64,000 nt of DNA from Deltaproteobacteria bacterium (GTDB lineage Bacteria > Myxococcota > Myxococcia > Myxococcales > 40CM-4-68-19). Both the position numbers and the translations under genes were made by a program. Positions 42,464 to 52,456 of the stretch are shown here, piece by piece. The stretch spans positions 530 through 64,529 of the forward strand of contig JAYWBT010000132.1 in the NCBI GenBank assembly GCA_043781235.1, given 5' to 3'. Position 1 is the stretch's first letter, and the number at the start of each line of letters is the position of its first letter. A model generated the notes under the pieces. That model ran no database searches and had not been told where the DNA came from. It was given only the letters and a program-made list of their open reading frames with translations.

Positions 42464-43807
42464 TCAGTCGCGCGCGCAAGCCGCTTCGACGTCCGCGACG
42501 GTCCGCGGGATGCTTTCGGTCAGGTTCTCGAAGCCGCGCTCGGTGACGACGATGTCGTCCTCGATGCGGATGCCGATGCCGCGCAATTCCGGCGGCGCCT
42601 TCTCGTCGTCCTTCGCCACGTAGAGACCGGGCTCGACGGTGAACACCATGCCGGCCGCGAGTGGCCGCGGCTTGCCGTCCTCGGTGCGGTAGCTGCCGAC
42701 GTCGTGCACGTCGAGGCCGAGCCAGTGGCTGGTGCGGTGCATGTAATAGCGGCGATAGGCGCCGTCCTTGATTAACTGATCGACCTCGCCCGCGAGCAGG
42801 CCGAGGCGGATCATGCCCTCGGTGAGGAAGCGCAGGGCGCCTTCGTGCAGCGCCTCCATCGTCTCGCCCGGCCGCGTGCGCGCGATGGCCTGATCGGCTG
42901 CGCCCAGCACCAGCTCGTAGCAGGCGCGTTGGGCGGGCGTGAACTTGCCCGACGCCGGCCAGGTGCGGGTCACGTCCGCCGTGTAGAGGTGGTACTCGGC
43001 GCCCGCGTCGATCAGCACCAGGTCGCCGTCGCGCACCTCGACGTTGTTCTCGTTGTAGTGCAGCACGGTCGCGTTCTCGCCCGCGGCCACGATCGGGTAG
43101 TAGCCCCAGCCGCGCCCGCCGCCGTGGCGGAACTCGCGCTCGAGCAGGCTGTGCAGCTGGTACTCGTGCGAGCCGGGCCGGCCGGCGCGCATCGCAGCGA
43201 GGTGGCCCTTCCGCGTCAACTCTACCGCGCGCCGCAGCGCCTCGAGCTCCACTGGCGATTTGTGCAGACGCATCTCGTGGACGATCTGTCCCGGGTCCTC
43301 GATGCGCTGGGGAGCGTCCATGCCCGAGCGCGAGCGGTGGCGCAGCTGGCCGAGCGTCTTCGCGATGCGCGCGTCGAAGTGCGGGTCGGCCGAGCCCAGC
43401 CGGTAGAAGAGCGTCTTCGCGGTCCCGAGCAGCTTGGGCAGCTCGGTGTCGAGCGCGGCGATGTCGAACGCCTGGTCGGCGCCGAACGCCGCGATCACGC
43501 CTTCCACGCCGGCGCGGCGGCCGTGCCAGATCTCCTTGTCCTTGTCGCGCGGTCGCACGAACAGAGTGAACGGCTTCTCGCCCTGCGTGTTCAGCACCGC
43601 GACCGCCTCGGGCTCCTCGAAGCCGGTGAGGAAGAAGACGTCAGAGTCGGCGCGGTAGGCATGCTCGACGTCGCTGTTGCGGATGGCGACGGGCATCGCC
43701 GGGAAGACCGCGACGGCACCGGCCGGCGAGAGCTCGCGCATCCGCTGCAGGACCTCCCGGCGGCGGGACTGGAACAGGCTCGGATCGAAGACGGGCTTCA
43801 AGGGCAC
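42464..43807 (-). CDS. pepP: Xaa-Pro aminopeptidase (aminopeptidase P)
   Basis: An N-terminal AMP_N domain, then DAGAEY, HRTSHWLGLDVHD and VEPGLY metal-ligand contexts. GTG start. Confidence 0.85.
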   Translation of the reverse strand: MPLKPVFDPSLFQSRRREVLQRMRELSPAGAVAVFPAMPVAIRNSDVEHAYRADSDVFFLTGFEEPEAVAVLNTQGEKPFTLFVRPRDKDKEIWHGRRAGVEGVIAAFGADQAFDIAALDTELPKLLGTAKTLFYRLGSADPHFDARIAKTLGQLRHRSRSGMDAPQRIEDPGQIVHEMRLHKSPVELEALRRAVELTRKGHLAAMRAGRPGSHEYQLHSLLEREFRHGGGRGWGYYPIVAAGENATVLHYNENNVEVRDGDLVLIDAGAEYHLYTADVTRTWPASGKFTPAQRACYELVLGAADQAIARTRPGETMEALHEGALRFLTEGMIRLGLLAGEVDQLIKDGAYRRYYMHRTSHWLGLDVHDVGSYRTEDGKPRPLAAGMVFTVEPGLYVAKDDEKAPPELRGIGIRIEDDIVVTERGFENLTESIPRTVADVEAACARD

Positions 43808-43912
43808 TCTGCACCTCGGGTCGAGGCTTATTATAAAGGACTTTTGCTCGCCGCGACGGGTGCGGAGCGCACGGAAGTTGAGTAGTTTGTGGGTTCACGA
43901 AAGGGAGGACCA

Positions 43913-44215
43913 ATGGCGGACCAGGGGCTGTCGAGCGACGCGGAGATCAAGGGGGCGCTCGCCGAGCTGCCCGGCTGGAAGCAGCAGGGCAAGGCCATCT
44001 TGAAGATGTACGACCTGAAGGGGTTCAAGGCAGCGATGGCGTTTGCCGGCACCGTCGGCGAGCTGGCGATGCGGGCCGACCATCACCCGGACATCCTGAT
44101 CCAGTTCCACAAGGTGACGCTGACCTTGTCAAGCCACGACTCAGGCGGGGTCACCGACCGCGACCTGCGGCTCGCGCGGCAGATCGAGGCGGCGGCCAAG
44201 GATCAGTTGGCGTAA
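43913..44215 (+). CDS. 4a-hydroxytetrahydrobiopterin (pterin-4-alpha-carbinolamine) dehydratase
   Basis: LPGW, the ADHHPD motif and TLSSHD are present. ATG is preceded by GGGAGGA. Confidence 0.8.
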   Translation: MADQGLSSDAEIKGALAELPGWKQQGKAILKMYDLKGFKAAMAFAGTVGELAMRADHHPDILIQFHKVTLTLSSHDSGGVTDRDLRLARQIEAAAKDQLA

Positions 44216-44224
44216 GGTTCGGAC

Positions 44225-44575
44225 GTGGCACCGCCCGACTGGCACCTGCTTGACGACGCTGCCCTGCTCGGGCAGTGCGAGGTGCAGGCGCACCGGGCGA
44301 GCGGTCCGGGCGGGCAGCACCGCAACAAGACCGAGACGGCCATCCGGCTGGTGCACCTCCCTTCCGGGGTCAGGGCGGAGGGGAAGGACGAGCGCTCGCA
44401 GACGCAGAATCGGCGCATGGCGCTCGGGCGGCTGCGCGAGAAGCTGAAGAAGCGCGCCTATCGTCCGCCGCCGCGTCGCAAGACCAAGCCATCGCGCGCG
44501 GCCAAGGCGCGACGGCTCGATTCGAAGAAGCTCACCTCGCGCAAGAAGTCCGCGCGCCGCGGCCCGATCGATTGA
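44225..44575 (+). CDS. arfB: alternative ribosome rescue factor ArfB (GGQ peptidyl-tRNA hydrolase)
   Basis: SGPGGQHRNKTETAIRL motif followed by a basic C-terminal tail. 116 aa. GTG start. Confidence 0.8.
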   Translation: MAPPDWHLLDDAALLGQCEVQAHRASGPGGQHRNKTETAIRLVHLPSGVRAEGKDERSQTQNRRMALGRLREKLKKRAYRPPPRRKTKPSRAAKARRLDSKKLTSRKKSARRGPID

Positions 44576-45429
44576 GCGCGCTGGCCGCGCTCCTGCTCGC
44601 CTTGGCTTCCGCGGTGCCGCCGGCCGCGCCCGCGTCGCTTCCTGCAGCGTCCGCGTCACTCCCAGGCGCTTCCCCGGATCTCCGGCGGCAGTTCCTCGAC
44701 CTGCTGCGGACCTATCCCGAGCGCCCTCCCGCCGAGACCTTCGCGCAGGTCGGCAAGCTCATCGACCAGGGCGAGTTCGCCGAGCGCGACCGCGCCGAGT
44801 ACTGGCTCGGCAGCGCCCGCCTCGCCTCGGGCGACCGCGAGGGCGCGCGCCAATGGTTCGCCCGCCTCGCGCGCGATTACCCTTTATCGGTCTGGGTGCA
44901 GCGAAGCTGGCTCGGCCTGGGCGACGCCTGGGCGCAGGAGGGTCGCTATGACGCCGCGCTCGACGGGTACGCGCGAGCCGCGACCGCGACCGATCCGGCG
45001 GTGCGCGAGCTGGGCCGCATCTCCGCGTCGCAGGCGCTGGTTCTGCGCGCCCGGCAGCGCTGGGCCTGGGGCGGCGCGGCCTTCGCCGGCGCGGTCGCGC
45101 TCTGGCTGCTCATTGGGGCCCGGCGCGGCGCCCTCCTCCCGCTCCCCACCGAGCTGCGCATTCTCTGGCCGGTGCTGGCGGTGCTGGCGCTGCTCTCCTC
45201 GCGCGTCGATGCCGCGCCGCGGGCCGCAATTCTGGAGCTGTGCGCCGCGGGAGCTGTATTGACCGGTCTCTCCGGCCTGCGCCTGCGCGCCGCGGCCCCG
45301 CGCGGACTCGCCCGGGCGCTGCACATCGCGCTGACCGTCGGCGCTCTCGGCGCCATCGCTTATGCCGCCGTCTACCGCGGCGACCTGGTCGGCATGGTGC
45401 TCGAGACCTTCCGCGCCGGCCCGGAGTAA
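44572..45429 (+). CDS. TPR-containing membrane protein
   Basis: TTG start overlaps the arfB stop (TTGA). Signal-like N-terminus, YbgF-like TPR units (AEYWLGSARLASGDREGARQWF) and several C-terminal TM segments. The start is uncertain. Confidence 0.55.
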   Translation: MSALAALLLALASAVPPAAPASLPAASASLPGASPDLRRQFLDLLRTYPERPPAETFAQVGKLIDQGEFAERDRAEYWLGSARLASGDREGARQWFARLARDYPLSVWVQRSWLGLGDAWAQEGRYDAALDGYARAATATDPAVRELGRISASQALVLRARQRWAWGGAAFAGAVALWLLIGARRGALLPLPTELRILWPVLAVLALLSSRVDAAPRAAILELCAAGAVLTGLSGLRLRAAAPRGLARALHIALTVGALGAIAYAAVYRGDLVGMVLETFRAGPE

Positions 45430-45441
45430 GGTCCGCGGCCT

Positions 45442-46110
45442 ATGCCCACCTCTCCGGAAGAGAAAGGCTTCGGCCAGGCCGACCCCGCCCTCGCGCGCTG
45501 GGCCGAGCGCGTCTTCGCGCCCGAGGATGCGGTGCTGCAAGAGATCCGCGAGCGCAGCGTCCGCGAAGGCCTTCCCGCCATCGCGGTCGGTAAGTTCGAC
45601 GGCCTGCACCTCGAGGTGCTCACGCGTGCGGCGGGCGCACGCAAGGCGGTCGAGATCGGCACGCTCGGCGGCTACAGCGGCGTCTGCATCCTGCGCGGCC
45701 TGGGCCCGCAGGGCTTTCTGCATACCTTCGAGTTCGAGCCGCACCACGCGCGCGTGGCGCAGGAGAGCTTCGAGAAGGCGGGCGTCGCCGCGCAGGCGCG
45801 CATCTACCTGGGCGCGGCGTCTGCGCGGCTCCACGAAATCGAGAGCGAGGGCCCGTTCGATCTCTGCTTCATCGACGCTGATAAGACTGGTTATCCCGCT
45901 TATCTCGATTGGGCGGGCGAGCACCTGCGCGTGGGCGGGCTTTTGCTGGGCGACAACGCCTTCGGCTGGGGCGGGGTGGCCAAAGAGGGCGGCGAGCCCG
46001 GCATCGAGGCCATCAAGCGCTTCAATCGAGAGCTCGCCGTTGGCGGCCGCTTCCGCGCGACGATGATCCCCACCGCCGAAGGCCTGGCGATGGGGGTCAA
46101 GGTCCGCTGA
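45442..46110 (+). CDS. class I SAM-dependent O-methyltransferase (family 3, caffeoyl-CoA OMT-like)
   Basis: VEIGTLGGYS and FIDADKTGYPAYLDWA motifs are present. Confidence 0.8.
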   Translation: MPTSPEEKGFGQADPALARWAERVFAPEDAVLQEIRERSVREGLPAIAVGKFDGLHLEVLTRAAGARKAVEIGTLGGYSGVCILRGLGPQGFLHTFEFEPHHARVAQESFEKAGVAAQARIYLGAASARLHEIESEGPFDLCFIDADKTGYPAYLDWAGEHLRVGGLLLGDNAFGWGGVAKEGGEPGIEAIKRFNRELAVGGRFRATMIPTAEGLAMGVKVR

Positions 46111-46113
46111 TTC

Positions 46114-47406
46114 TCATTCGCGGAGCCAGGCAATCACCTGCCGCAGCCCCACGCCGCCGGTCGCGAGCAGCGCGACGCGGAAGATCCTCGAGCAGGCGCG
46201 GATGACCACCACCGTGCCCAGGCAAAGCGAGAGCAGCGAGAGGGAAAGCTCCCACCACGGCAAGGCGCCCGAGGCCGAGCGCAGCATTCCGGTGATCGGC
46301 GCGGTAAAGGGAATATAGGTCAGCACGCGCGCCAGCTTTCCCGAGGGCGCATTGAGCAATGCGGGCAGCATCATGAAGGGAATGATGGCGGTGAAGGTAA
46401 AGAGACCCGAGAGCTGCTGCGTATACTTCTGGGTGTTTCCGATCGAGCCCACCGCCAGCAGCACCGCGCCGAAAAAGAAGAACCCGAGGATGAAATAGAC
46501 CAGCCCGATGAAGGCCTGCGAGAGCTTCAATCCGAGCGCGGCGAAGATCAGCCCCGCCGGCAAGGCGACCATCAGCAGATAGAGCATGAATTGCAATAGA
46601 GCGGCGAGCCAGAGGCCGAAGAGCTTCCCCCAGAACAGCTCCTCCGGCGTGAGCGAGGTGAGCAGCATCTCCAGCGCGCGGTTCTGCTTCTCCTCGGCGA
46701 GGCCGGTCGCCAGATAAGACGCGCTGGTAAAGATCGAGAGCATTAAAAAGAGCGAGAAGCCTATCGGCACCAGCAAGGGCCGCAGCTCGCGCACCAGATC
46801 CTGCTCGGTGGCGCTGCCGTCGGGCTCGACCACGTATTCGTCGGCGCGGCCCGGGCGCGACGCCCGCTGCGCGACGGTCGCGTCGATCCGCCCCGCGAGC
46901 AATCCCGCCACCAGCCACGAGCGCAGCAGCCGTGCGGGGCTGTCGAGCGCCGGGGCGATCGAGAGGCCCTTGCGCGCGCGGCGATACTCCTCGATCCGGC
47001 CGCGCCCGACGTAATCGGCGGGGATGCGCAGCAGGCCTTCCACCTCCTCGCGCAGCAGCGCCTGTTTCGCCTGGGACAGCGAGGCATAGCGGACCAGGTC
47101 GACCGAGATCCCTTCGATATCCTCTTTCTTCGGGTGCGCGAAGCTCGTGCGCGCGAGGCTCGCGAGCGATGACTCGGGCTCCACGCGCAGCGGGGCGCCC
47201 GCGTAGAGGCCGGTCTCGTCCACCACGCCGATGCGGTGCGGTTTCGAGAGCAGCTCCAGCACCGTCGAAGAGGTGGCCGCGCCCGAGATCGCGCCCACCG
47301 CTCCGATGAAGAGCGGCATGCCGACGAGGGTGACGATGTAGCCGACGCGCGTGACGGTGCCGATGAATTCGTGGCGCGCGACGGCCGCGATCTTGCGCGC
47401 GTTCAT
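46114..47406 (-). CDS. ABC-2 type transporter permease
   Basis: 430 aa. An N-terminal TM segment, a large periplasmic loop and a C-terminal cluster of TM helices. ATGA overlap with the ATPase gene. Confidence 0.75.
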   Translation of the reverse strand: MNARKIAAVARHEFIGTVTRVGYIVTLVGMPLFIGAVGAISGAATSSTVLELLSKPHRIGVVDETGLYAGAPLRVEPESSLASLARTSFAHPKKEDIEGISVDLVRYASLSQAKQALLREEVEGLLRIPADYVGRGRIEEYRRARKGLSIAPALDSPARLLRSWLVAGLLAGRIDATVAQRASRPGRADEYVVEPDGSATEQDLVRELRPLLVPIGFSLFLMLSIFTSASYLATGLAEEKQNRALEMLLTSLTPEELFWGKLFGLWLAALLQFMLYLLMVALPAGLIFAALGLKLSQAFIGLVYFILGFFFFGAVLLAVGSIGNTQKYTQQLSGLFTFTAIIPFMMLPALLNAPSGKLARVLTYIPFTAPITGMLRSASGALPWWELSLSLLSLCLGTVVVIRACSRIFRVALLATGGVGLRQVIAWLRE

Positions 47407-48314
47407 GCCAGCTCCGCCACCGGCGCGTCCTCAGCCGGAGCCTGCGAGACCGCGCGCACGAAGATCTCCTCCAGCGTGGGGACCGCCGGCTCGAAGCTGG
47501 TCAGCGTCAGGCCGCGCTCGAGCGCCTCGCGCAGGAAGGCCTCGAACCCGTCGCGCAGGAAGAGGCGCGGGCCGTCCGCGCGCAGCACCGAGCGCAGCGC
47601 CGAGAAGTCGCCGCGCCCGCGCACCAGGACGCTCCCGTCGGCGTGGCGGGCACGCACCTCCGCGACCTCGCCGGTCAAGAGCGCCCGGCCGCGGTGCAAT
47701 AAGAGAATGCGCTGGCAGAGCTGCTCCACGTGCTCGAGCTGGTGCGTGGAGATGAGCAGAGCGCAGCCTTGATGGGCGCTCTCCTGAAACAGCTCGATGG
47801 CGAGCGCGCGGTTGACCGGGTCCAGTCCGCTGAACGGCTCGTCCACCAGCAATAAGAGCGGCTCGCCCATCAGCGCCGCCGCGATCTGGACCTTCTGCTG
47901 GTTGCCCTTCGACAGCTCGCCGATGCGCGAGCCGTCCCGCGCGTCGAGTTGCACGCGGCGCAGCAGCCCGCGCGCCTGCTCACGGGCGGCCGCGCGCCGC
48001 GCCCCCTTGAGCTCGCCGATATAGGTGAGCATCTCCAGCGCCCGCGCGCGCGTGGGCAGGCCGCGCTCCTCGGGCAGGTAGCCGATCCGGCCGAGCGCGT
48101 CGGGTCCGGGCCGCTTCCCGAACAGCCGCAGCTCGCCGCTGTCGGGCCGCAGCAGATCGACCGCGATGCGCAGGAGCGTGGTCTTGCCCGCTCCGTTCGG
48201 GCCCAGGAGGCCGAACACCTCGCCGGGACGCAGCTCCAGCGAGACCGCCTCCAGCGCCACCCGCGCGCCGTACCGCTTGGTGACCGATCTCAGCTCGAGC
48301 AGTGCATCGCTCAA
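47403..48314 (-). CDS. ABC transporter ATP-binding protein
   Basis: Walker [10 protein letters not shown], signature LSKGNQQK and Walker [16 protein letters not shown] at 48314 overlaps the purE stop (TTGA). The longer ORF reaching 48992 is an alternative frame over purE. Confidence 0.8.
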   Translation of the reverse strand: MSDALLELRSVTKRYGARVALEAVSLELRPGEVFGLLGPNGAGKTTLLRIAVDLLRPDSGELRLFGKRPGPDALGRIGYLPEERGLPTRARALEMLTYIGELKGARRAAAREQARGLLRRVQLDARDGSRIGELSKGNQQKVQIAAALMGEPLLLLVDEPFSGLDPVNRALAIELFQESAHQGCALLISTHQLEHVEQLCQRILLLHRGRALLTGEVAEVRARHADGSVLVRGRGDFSALRSVLRADGPRLFLRDGFEAFLREALERGLTLTSFEPAVPTLEEIFVRAVSQAPAEDAPVAELA

Positions 48315-48808
48315 GCGCGGCGTACCGAGGCGTCGCTCTCCAGCACCTCGTCGGCGCGGCGTTTGCGCCACGCCTTCAGCTTCTCGCGCAGCTCGGGCCG
48401 CTTGCCGCCCATGATGGCGATGGCGAGCAGCGCCGCGTTGGCCGCGCCCGACTTGCCGATGGCGAGCGTGCCCACCGGGATGCCCTTCGGCATCTGCACG
48501 ATCGAGAGCAGCGCGTCGGCGCCGCCCAGCGTGGTCGAGGCGACCGGCACGCCGAGCACCGGCAAAATGGTCTTCGCCGCCACCACTCCCGGCAGGTGCG
48601 CAGCGCCGCCCGCGCCCGCGATCAACACCTCGAGCCCGCGCGCCTCCGCTGTGGCGGCCCACTCCAGCACCATCTCGGGCGTGCGGTGCGCCGAGAGGAT
48701 CCGGACCTCGTGCTCGATGCCAAATTCCTCCAGCACCTCCATCGCGCCCTTGAGCGTCTCGAGATCGGTCTTGCTGCCCATGATGATGCCGACGAGCGGA
48801 TTTGCCAT
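48311..48808 (-). CDS. purE: 5-(carboxyamino)imidazole ribonucleotide mutase
   Basis: [17 protein letters not shown] and AGGAAHLPG motifs are present. ATG at 48808. Confidence 0.9.
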   Translation of the reverse strand: MANPLVGIIMGSKTDLETLKGAMEVLEEFGIEHEVRILSAHRTPEMVLEWAATAEARGLEVLIAGAGGAAHLPGVVAAKTILPVLGVPVASTTLGGADALLSIVQMPKGIPVGTLAIGKSGAANAALLAIAIMGGKRPELREKLKAWRKRRADEVLESDASVRRA

Positions 48809-48858
48809 GCTCGCGCCGTAACATAGGCGGACTGTCAAAGGCTACAGTGCCCGGCACT

Positions 48859-49677
48859 ATGCGTTTGAACGTCCGCGGCCTGCAGTTGAACGCCCTCGAG
48901 CGCGGCACCGGCGAGACAACGCTGTTGCTCCACGGGTGGCTCGACCACGCGCACTCGTTCGATCTGCTCGCGCCGCTGTTGCCGGGACGCACGGTGGCGC
49001 TCGATTTCCGCGGCCACGGCGACTCGCAGTGGGTGCCGGAGGCGGGCTTCTATCACCTGGTCGAATACCTCGCCGACGTGGACGCGGTGGTCGAGCAGAC
49101 CGGTGCAACGCGCATCATCGGACACTCGATGGGCGCGGCGGTGGCGCTGCTCTACGCCGCGGCCCGGCCTTCCCGTATCCGCCACGTCACCATGCTCGAC
49201 GGGGCGCCGCTCACCATTCAGCCCACGGAGGTTCCGGCGCGCGTCTCTGCCTGGCTGGACGATCTGCGCAAGCCGCGCGGGCGGCGCCGTGTCGCCTCGG
49301 TCGAGGACGCAGCCGCCCGGCTGCTCCGGTTCAACGCCTCGCTCGCCCCGGCGGCAGCCGCCCTGCTCGCGGCGCACGGCGTCTCGCGCGACGGCGACGG
49401 GCTCGCCTGGAAGTGGGACCCTTGGCTGCGCGCCCACTCGCCGCTTCCGTTCACCGAGGACGCGCTGCAGGCGCTCCTGCCGGAGGTGAGAGCCCCCGTG
49501 CTGCTGCTCCGCGCCGGCAAGGGCCTGACCGCCGACGAGCCCGAGCTGCGGGCGCGCTTGTCGAAAGTGCCTCGCGCTCAAATCGAGACCATTGCGGACG
49601 CGGGCCACCACCTCCATCTGGACCAGCCGGCCGAGGTGGCCCGGCGCATCCTCGCGGGCTGGGCCGACACCGCCTGA
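48859..49677 (+). CDS. alpha/beta hydrolase
   Basis: LLLHGW and the nucleophile elbow GHSMGA are present, with a C-terminal DAGHHLHLDQP (His). Confidence 0.75.
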   Translation: MRLNVRGLQLNALERGTGETTLLLHGWLDHAHSFDLLAPLLPGRTVALDFRGHGDSQWVPEAGFYHLVEYLADVDAVVEQTGATRIIGHSMGAAVALLYAAARPSRIRHVTMLDGAPLTIQPTEVPARVSAWLDDLRKPRGRRRVASVEDAAARLLRFNASLAPAAAALLAAHGVSRDGDGLAWKWDPWLRAHSPLPFTEDALQALLPEVRAPVLLLRAGKGLTADEPELRARLSKVPRAQIETIADAGHHLHLDQPAEVARRILAGWADTA

Positions 49678-49720
49678 CCCGCGAGCGACGTTGCCGCGCT
49701 GCGCGACCCCCGAAGCACAA

Positions 49721-49748
49721 ATGGTTACAGACCGGAATCTGTAACCAT
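49721..49748. terminator. perfect 10-bp stem hairpin between convergent genes
   Basis: ATGGTTACAG, 8 nt, then CTGTAACCAT. It is unusually AT-rich for this genome. On the minus strand it is followed by TTGTGCTT. Confidence 0.35.
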
Positions 49749-49794
49749 CTGCACTCTTACTCTGACAACAACCGAACTTGATCAGATGCCGTGC

Positions 49795-50571
49795 TTACTT
49801 GGCGGGCTCGGTGATCGCGTTCATCTGAAGAGTGACCGCGGTCTGCGCGAGCAGCCTGCCGTTCACCGAGGCTCCAGTGTTGACGGCGATCATCGTCTTG
49901 GCCAGGACGACGCCCTCGAAGTGGGCGGTCGTTCCGATGGTCACGGCGCCAGCGACCTGCCAGAAGATGTTCTTGGCGAGTGCTCCGCCGGCCAGGGTGA
50001 TCCGCGCGGCGTTGGCCTGGTCCAGCGTTCCGGCCACCTGGAAGATCCAGACGTCGTTCGGGCCGCCCGAGAGCGTGACGTCCGTGGTGATCAACAGGCT
50101 GGTGCCCCACTTGTAGAGGCCAGGACGGAGGGTTAGTCCGCCGATCTCACCGGCGCCCAGCTCGGTGAAGTTGGGCGATACGCGTCCGGCGGCGTCGTCG
50201 TACGCGAACCCCATGTCGCCCACGGCCGCGGTCAGCCCCGTGGCGTCAGTCACCGCGCAGGGAAGCGGACCAGCCGCATCGACGGTGAAGACCCGGCCCG
50301 TCACTTCGCCACACGAGAGCAGCAGAGCCGCGCCGGTGATCGGGCTCGTTCCGACATTCCCCGTGACGGCGGACGCATAAACGTCGGTGATCCCGCTCTG
50401 GCTCAGGATCGCGAAAGAGCCGGCCGTTCCCAGCTGCACCGGCGCCGGGCCGAGGCCCAAAAGGGATGAGCTTGCGCTGTTGGTCTTGTCTGCGGCTCCG
50501 CCTCCGCCTCCGCAGGCGCCCAGCAAAGCAGCCACACACAACATCGTCGGGTTGAATGAGAATCTGGTCAT
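49795..50571 (-). CDS. DUF3494 / ice-binding-like family lipoprotein
   Basis: RBS GAGGAGGAG. MTRFSFNPTMLCVAALLGACGG carries a lipobox. The family-typical layout is LGTAGSFAILSQSGIT..., ITGN-type turn, GGLTLRPGLYKW, DVWIFQVAGTL, NIFWQVAG and GRLLAQTAVTL. Confidence 0.75.
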   Translation of the reverse strand: MTRFSFNPTMLCVAALLGACGGGGGAADKTNSASSSLLGLGPAPVQLGTAGSFAILSQSGITDVYASAVTGNVGTSPITGAALLLSCGEVTGRVFTVDAAGPLPCAVTDATGLTAAVGDMGFAYDDAAGRVSPNFTELGAGEIGGLTLRPGLYKWGTSLLITTDVTLSGGPNDVWIFQVAGTLDQANAARITLAGGALAKNIFWQVAGAVTIGTTAHFEGVVLAKTMIAVNTGASVNGRLLAQTAVTLQMNAITEPAK

Positions 50572-50644
50572 TTTCTCCTCCTCTTTCAGTGCAAACCTGA
50601 GAGCTTCGTTGTGACCCGCTGTTGGCGGTCCTGGGCTGCTACAC

Positions 50645-50660
50645 AGCACTTCCCGGGCCA
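50645..50660 (-). promoter_or_regulatory. candidate sigma-54 (-24/-12) promoter for the DUF3494 gene
   Basis: The minus strand reads TTGGCCCGGGAAGTGCT against the consensus YTGGCACGRNNNTTGCW. GG and GC have exact spacing, with 2 mismatches. It lies ~75 nt upstream of the ATG at 50571. Confidence 0.5.
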
Positions 50661-50772
50661 ACAGCAAAAACGCAGTGATTCTCGATGGTTTTAGTTCAAG
50701 CTACCGCCTGTACGGTGGCGAATGCCATCAGAATGAAGTACCGTGTCTTTCAATTCGAGGTAGAGAAGGCCG

Positions 50773-52437
50773 ATGCGCGCCGACGGGCTGGATCACAAGG
50801 AGCTCCTTGAGCTGGACCCGGAGGGGGGCGTGATCCGCTTCGCGGGCCAGCGCGCGCTGCTTCTCGACGCGGTGGCGATGGGGCTCTTGAGGAAGTACCT
50901 CGTCGAGAACTTCGGCCTCACTGCCGCCCGCACCGTGCTCACCCAGTTCGGCTTCGCCCACGGCTGGCGCATGGCGGAGGCCATGCAGGCCGAGTTCAAA
51001 TGGGACACCCCTGAAGACTGGGCCCGCGCGGGCACCCGTATTCACATCCTCGAAGGCCTCTTCAGCGTCGAGCCGGGAAGCGAGGGAGCCCTCTCGCGGG
51101 AGGGCTTGCTGCTCGGCGCCTCCTACGAGGCGGAGCAGCACCTTCTGCACTTTGGCCGCTCCGATGTGCCCGTGTGCTGGACCATCAGCGGCCTCACCAG
51201 CGGCTACCTCAGCCGGAGCGCCGGCAAGGAGGTCTACGTCCTCGAGGACCGCTGCATGGGCAAGGGAGATGCGGCTTGCCACCTCTTCGGGCGCACGCGC
51301 GAGGAGTGGGGTGACGAGCGCGCCGAGGAGCTGCGTTTCTACGCGCCGGTCCGTCTCAAGGAGTGCCTCGATGTCTCGCTCCACCGGGTGACGGAGACGT
51401 TGAAGGCGGCCGAGCGGAAGCTTCGCGAGCGCCGCCTGGCGCTGGTCCGCGTGGCGCCCGATCTCGAGGAGCCGCTGGGAATCGTCGCCAAGAGCCCGAG
51501 CATGCGGCAGCTCGTAGACCTGGCGCGCCGCGTGGCCAAGGTCGATTCCACCGTCCTCATCACCGGCGAGAGCGGATCGGGCAAGGAGCGGATCGCGCGG
51601 CTCGTCCACGAGGAGTCGGCGCGCGCGGCGGGGCCGTTCATCGCGGTCAACTGCGGCGCCATCACCGAGACGCTGCTCGAGAGCGAGCTTTTCGGACACG
51701 CGAGGGGCGCGTTCACCGGCGCGACCCAGGACCGGCCGGGCCTGTTCGAGGCGGCCAACAGCGGGACGCTGCTGCTCGACGAGGTCGGCGAGGTCTCGGC
51801 CGCAATGCAGGTCAAGCTTTTGCGCGTCCTTCAAGAAAGGGAGATCCGGCGCGTCGGAGAGAACAAGAGCCGGCGGGTCGACGTGCGCATCGTGACCGCC
51901 ACCAACCGCGACCTGGCCGAGGGAGTCGCGAGCGGCGCCTTCCGGCAGGACCTCTACTACCGGCTCAAGGTCGTCGAGCTGCGGGTGCCACCGCTCCGCG
52001 AGCGCAGAGACGACGTCCTGCCGCTCGCGCGGGTGCTGCTCGCGGAGGCGGCGTTGCGGATGAAGCGCCCGATCTCGGGCCTTGCCCCGGCAGCCGCCGA
52101 TCTGCTCCTGCGCTACACATGGCCCGGTAACGTGCGCGAGCTCCAGAATGCCATGGAGCGCGCCGTCGCGCTCGCGCAGGGAAGTCGGGTAGAGCTCGAG
52201 GATCTGGCCGAGGAGGTCCGCCAGGCGTTTCCCAGACCCGTGGCCACACTGGGGACGGTGCGGCCGCTCGATGAGGTCGAGAAGGAATACATCCTCGCGG
52301 CGCTGGAGCTGAACGGTGGAAACCAGACGCACACCGCCAAGCAGCTCCAGATTGGCTCGGCGACGCTGTACCGCAGACTCAAGAGCTATGGCCTGATCGG
52401 CGCAGAGCGCGCTGTCCGGAAAGGCTCCCCTCCATGA
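50773..52437 (+). CDS. sigma-54-dependent transcriptional activator with XylR-N/V4R sensor module
   Basis: The N-terminus is XylR_N plus V4R-like ([10 protein letters not shown] ... [13 protein letters not shown] ... CMGKGDAAC). The AAA+ core has [14 protein letters not shown] and LLLDEVGE. The C-terminal Fis-type HTH is [20 protein letters not shown]. Confidence 0.85.
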   Translation: MRADGLDHKELLELDPEGGVIRFAGQRALLLDAVAMGLLRKYLVENFGLTAARTVLTQFGFAHGWRMAEAMQAEFKWDTPEDWARAGTRIHILEGLFSVEPGSEGALSREGLLLGASYEAEQHLLHFGRSDVPVCWTISGLTSGYLSRSAGKEVYVLEDRCMGKGDAACHLFGRTREEWGDERAEELRFYAPVRLKECLDVSLHRVTETLKAAERKLRERRLALVRVAPDLEEPLGIVAKSPSMRQLVDLARRVAKVDSTVLITGESGSGKERIARLVHEESARAAGPFIAVNCGAITETLLESELFGHARGAFTGATQDRPGLFEAANSGTLLLDEVGEVSAAMQVKLLRVLQEREIRRVGENKSRRVDVRIVTATNRDLAEGVASGAFRQDLYYRLKVVELRVPPLRERRDDVLPLARVLLAEAALRMKRPISGLAPAAADLLLRYTWPGNVRELQNAMERAVALAQGSRVELEDLAEEVRQAFPRPVATLGTVRPLDEVEKEYILAALELNGGNQTHTAKQLQIGSATLYRRLKSYGLIGAERAVRKGSPP

Positions 52438-52456
52438 GTCGAGCCGATCTCATCCC

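Noticed and set aside
50710-50744. Two GTAC(G/C)GT motifs as the enhancer (UAS) for the sigma-54 activator.
   Set aside because: The shared core is only 5-7 bp, and neither a clean palindrome nor a direct repeat. It is too weak to annotate as a feature and is mentioned only inside the promoter finding.
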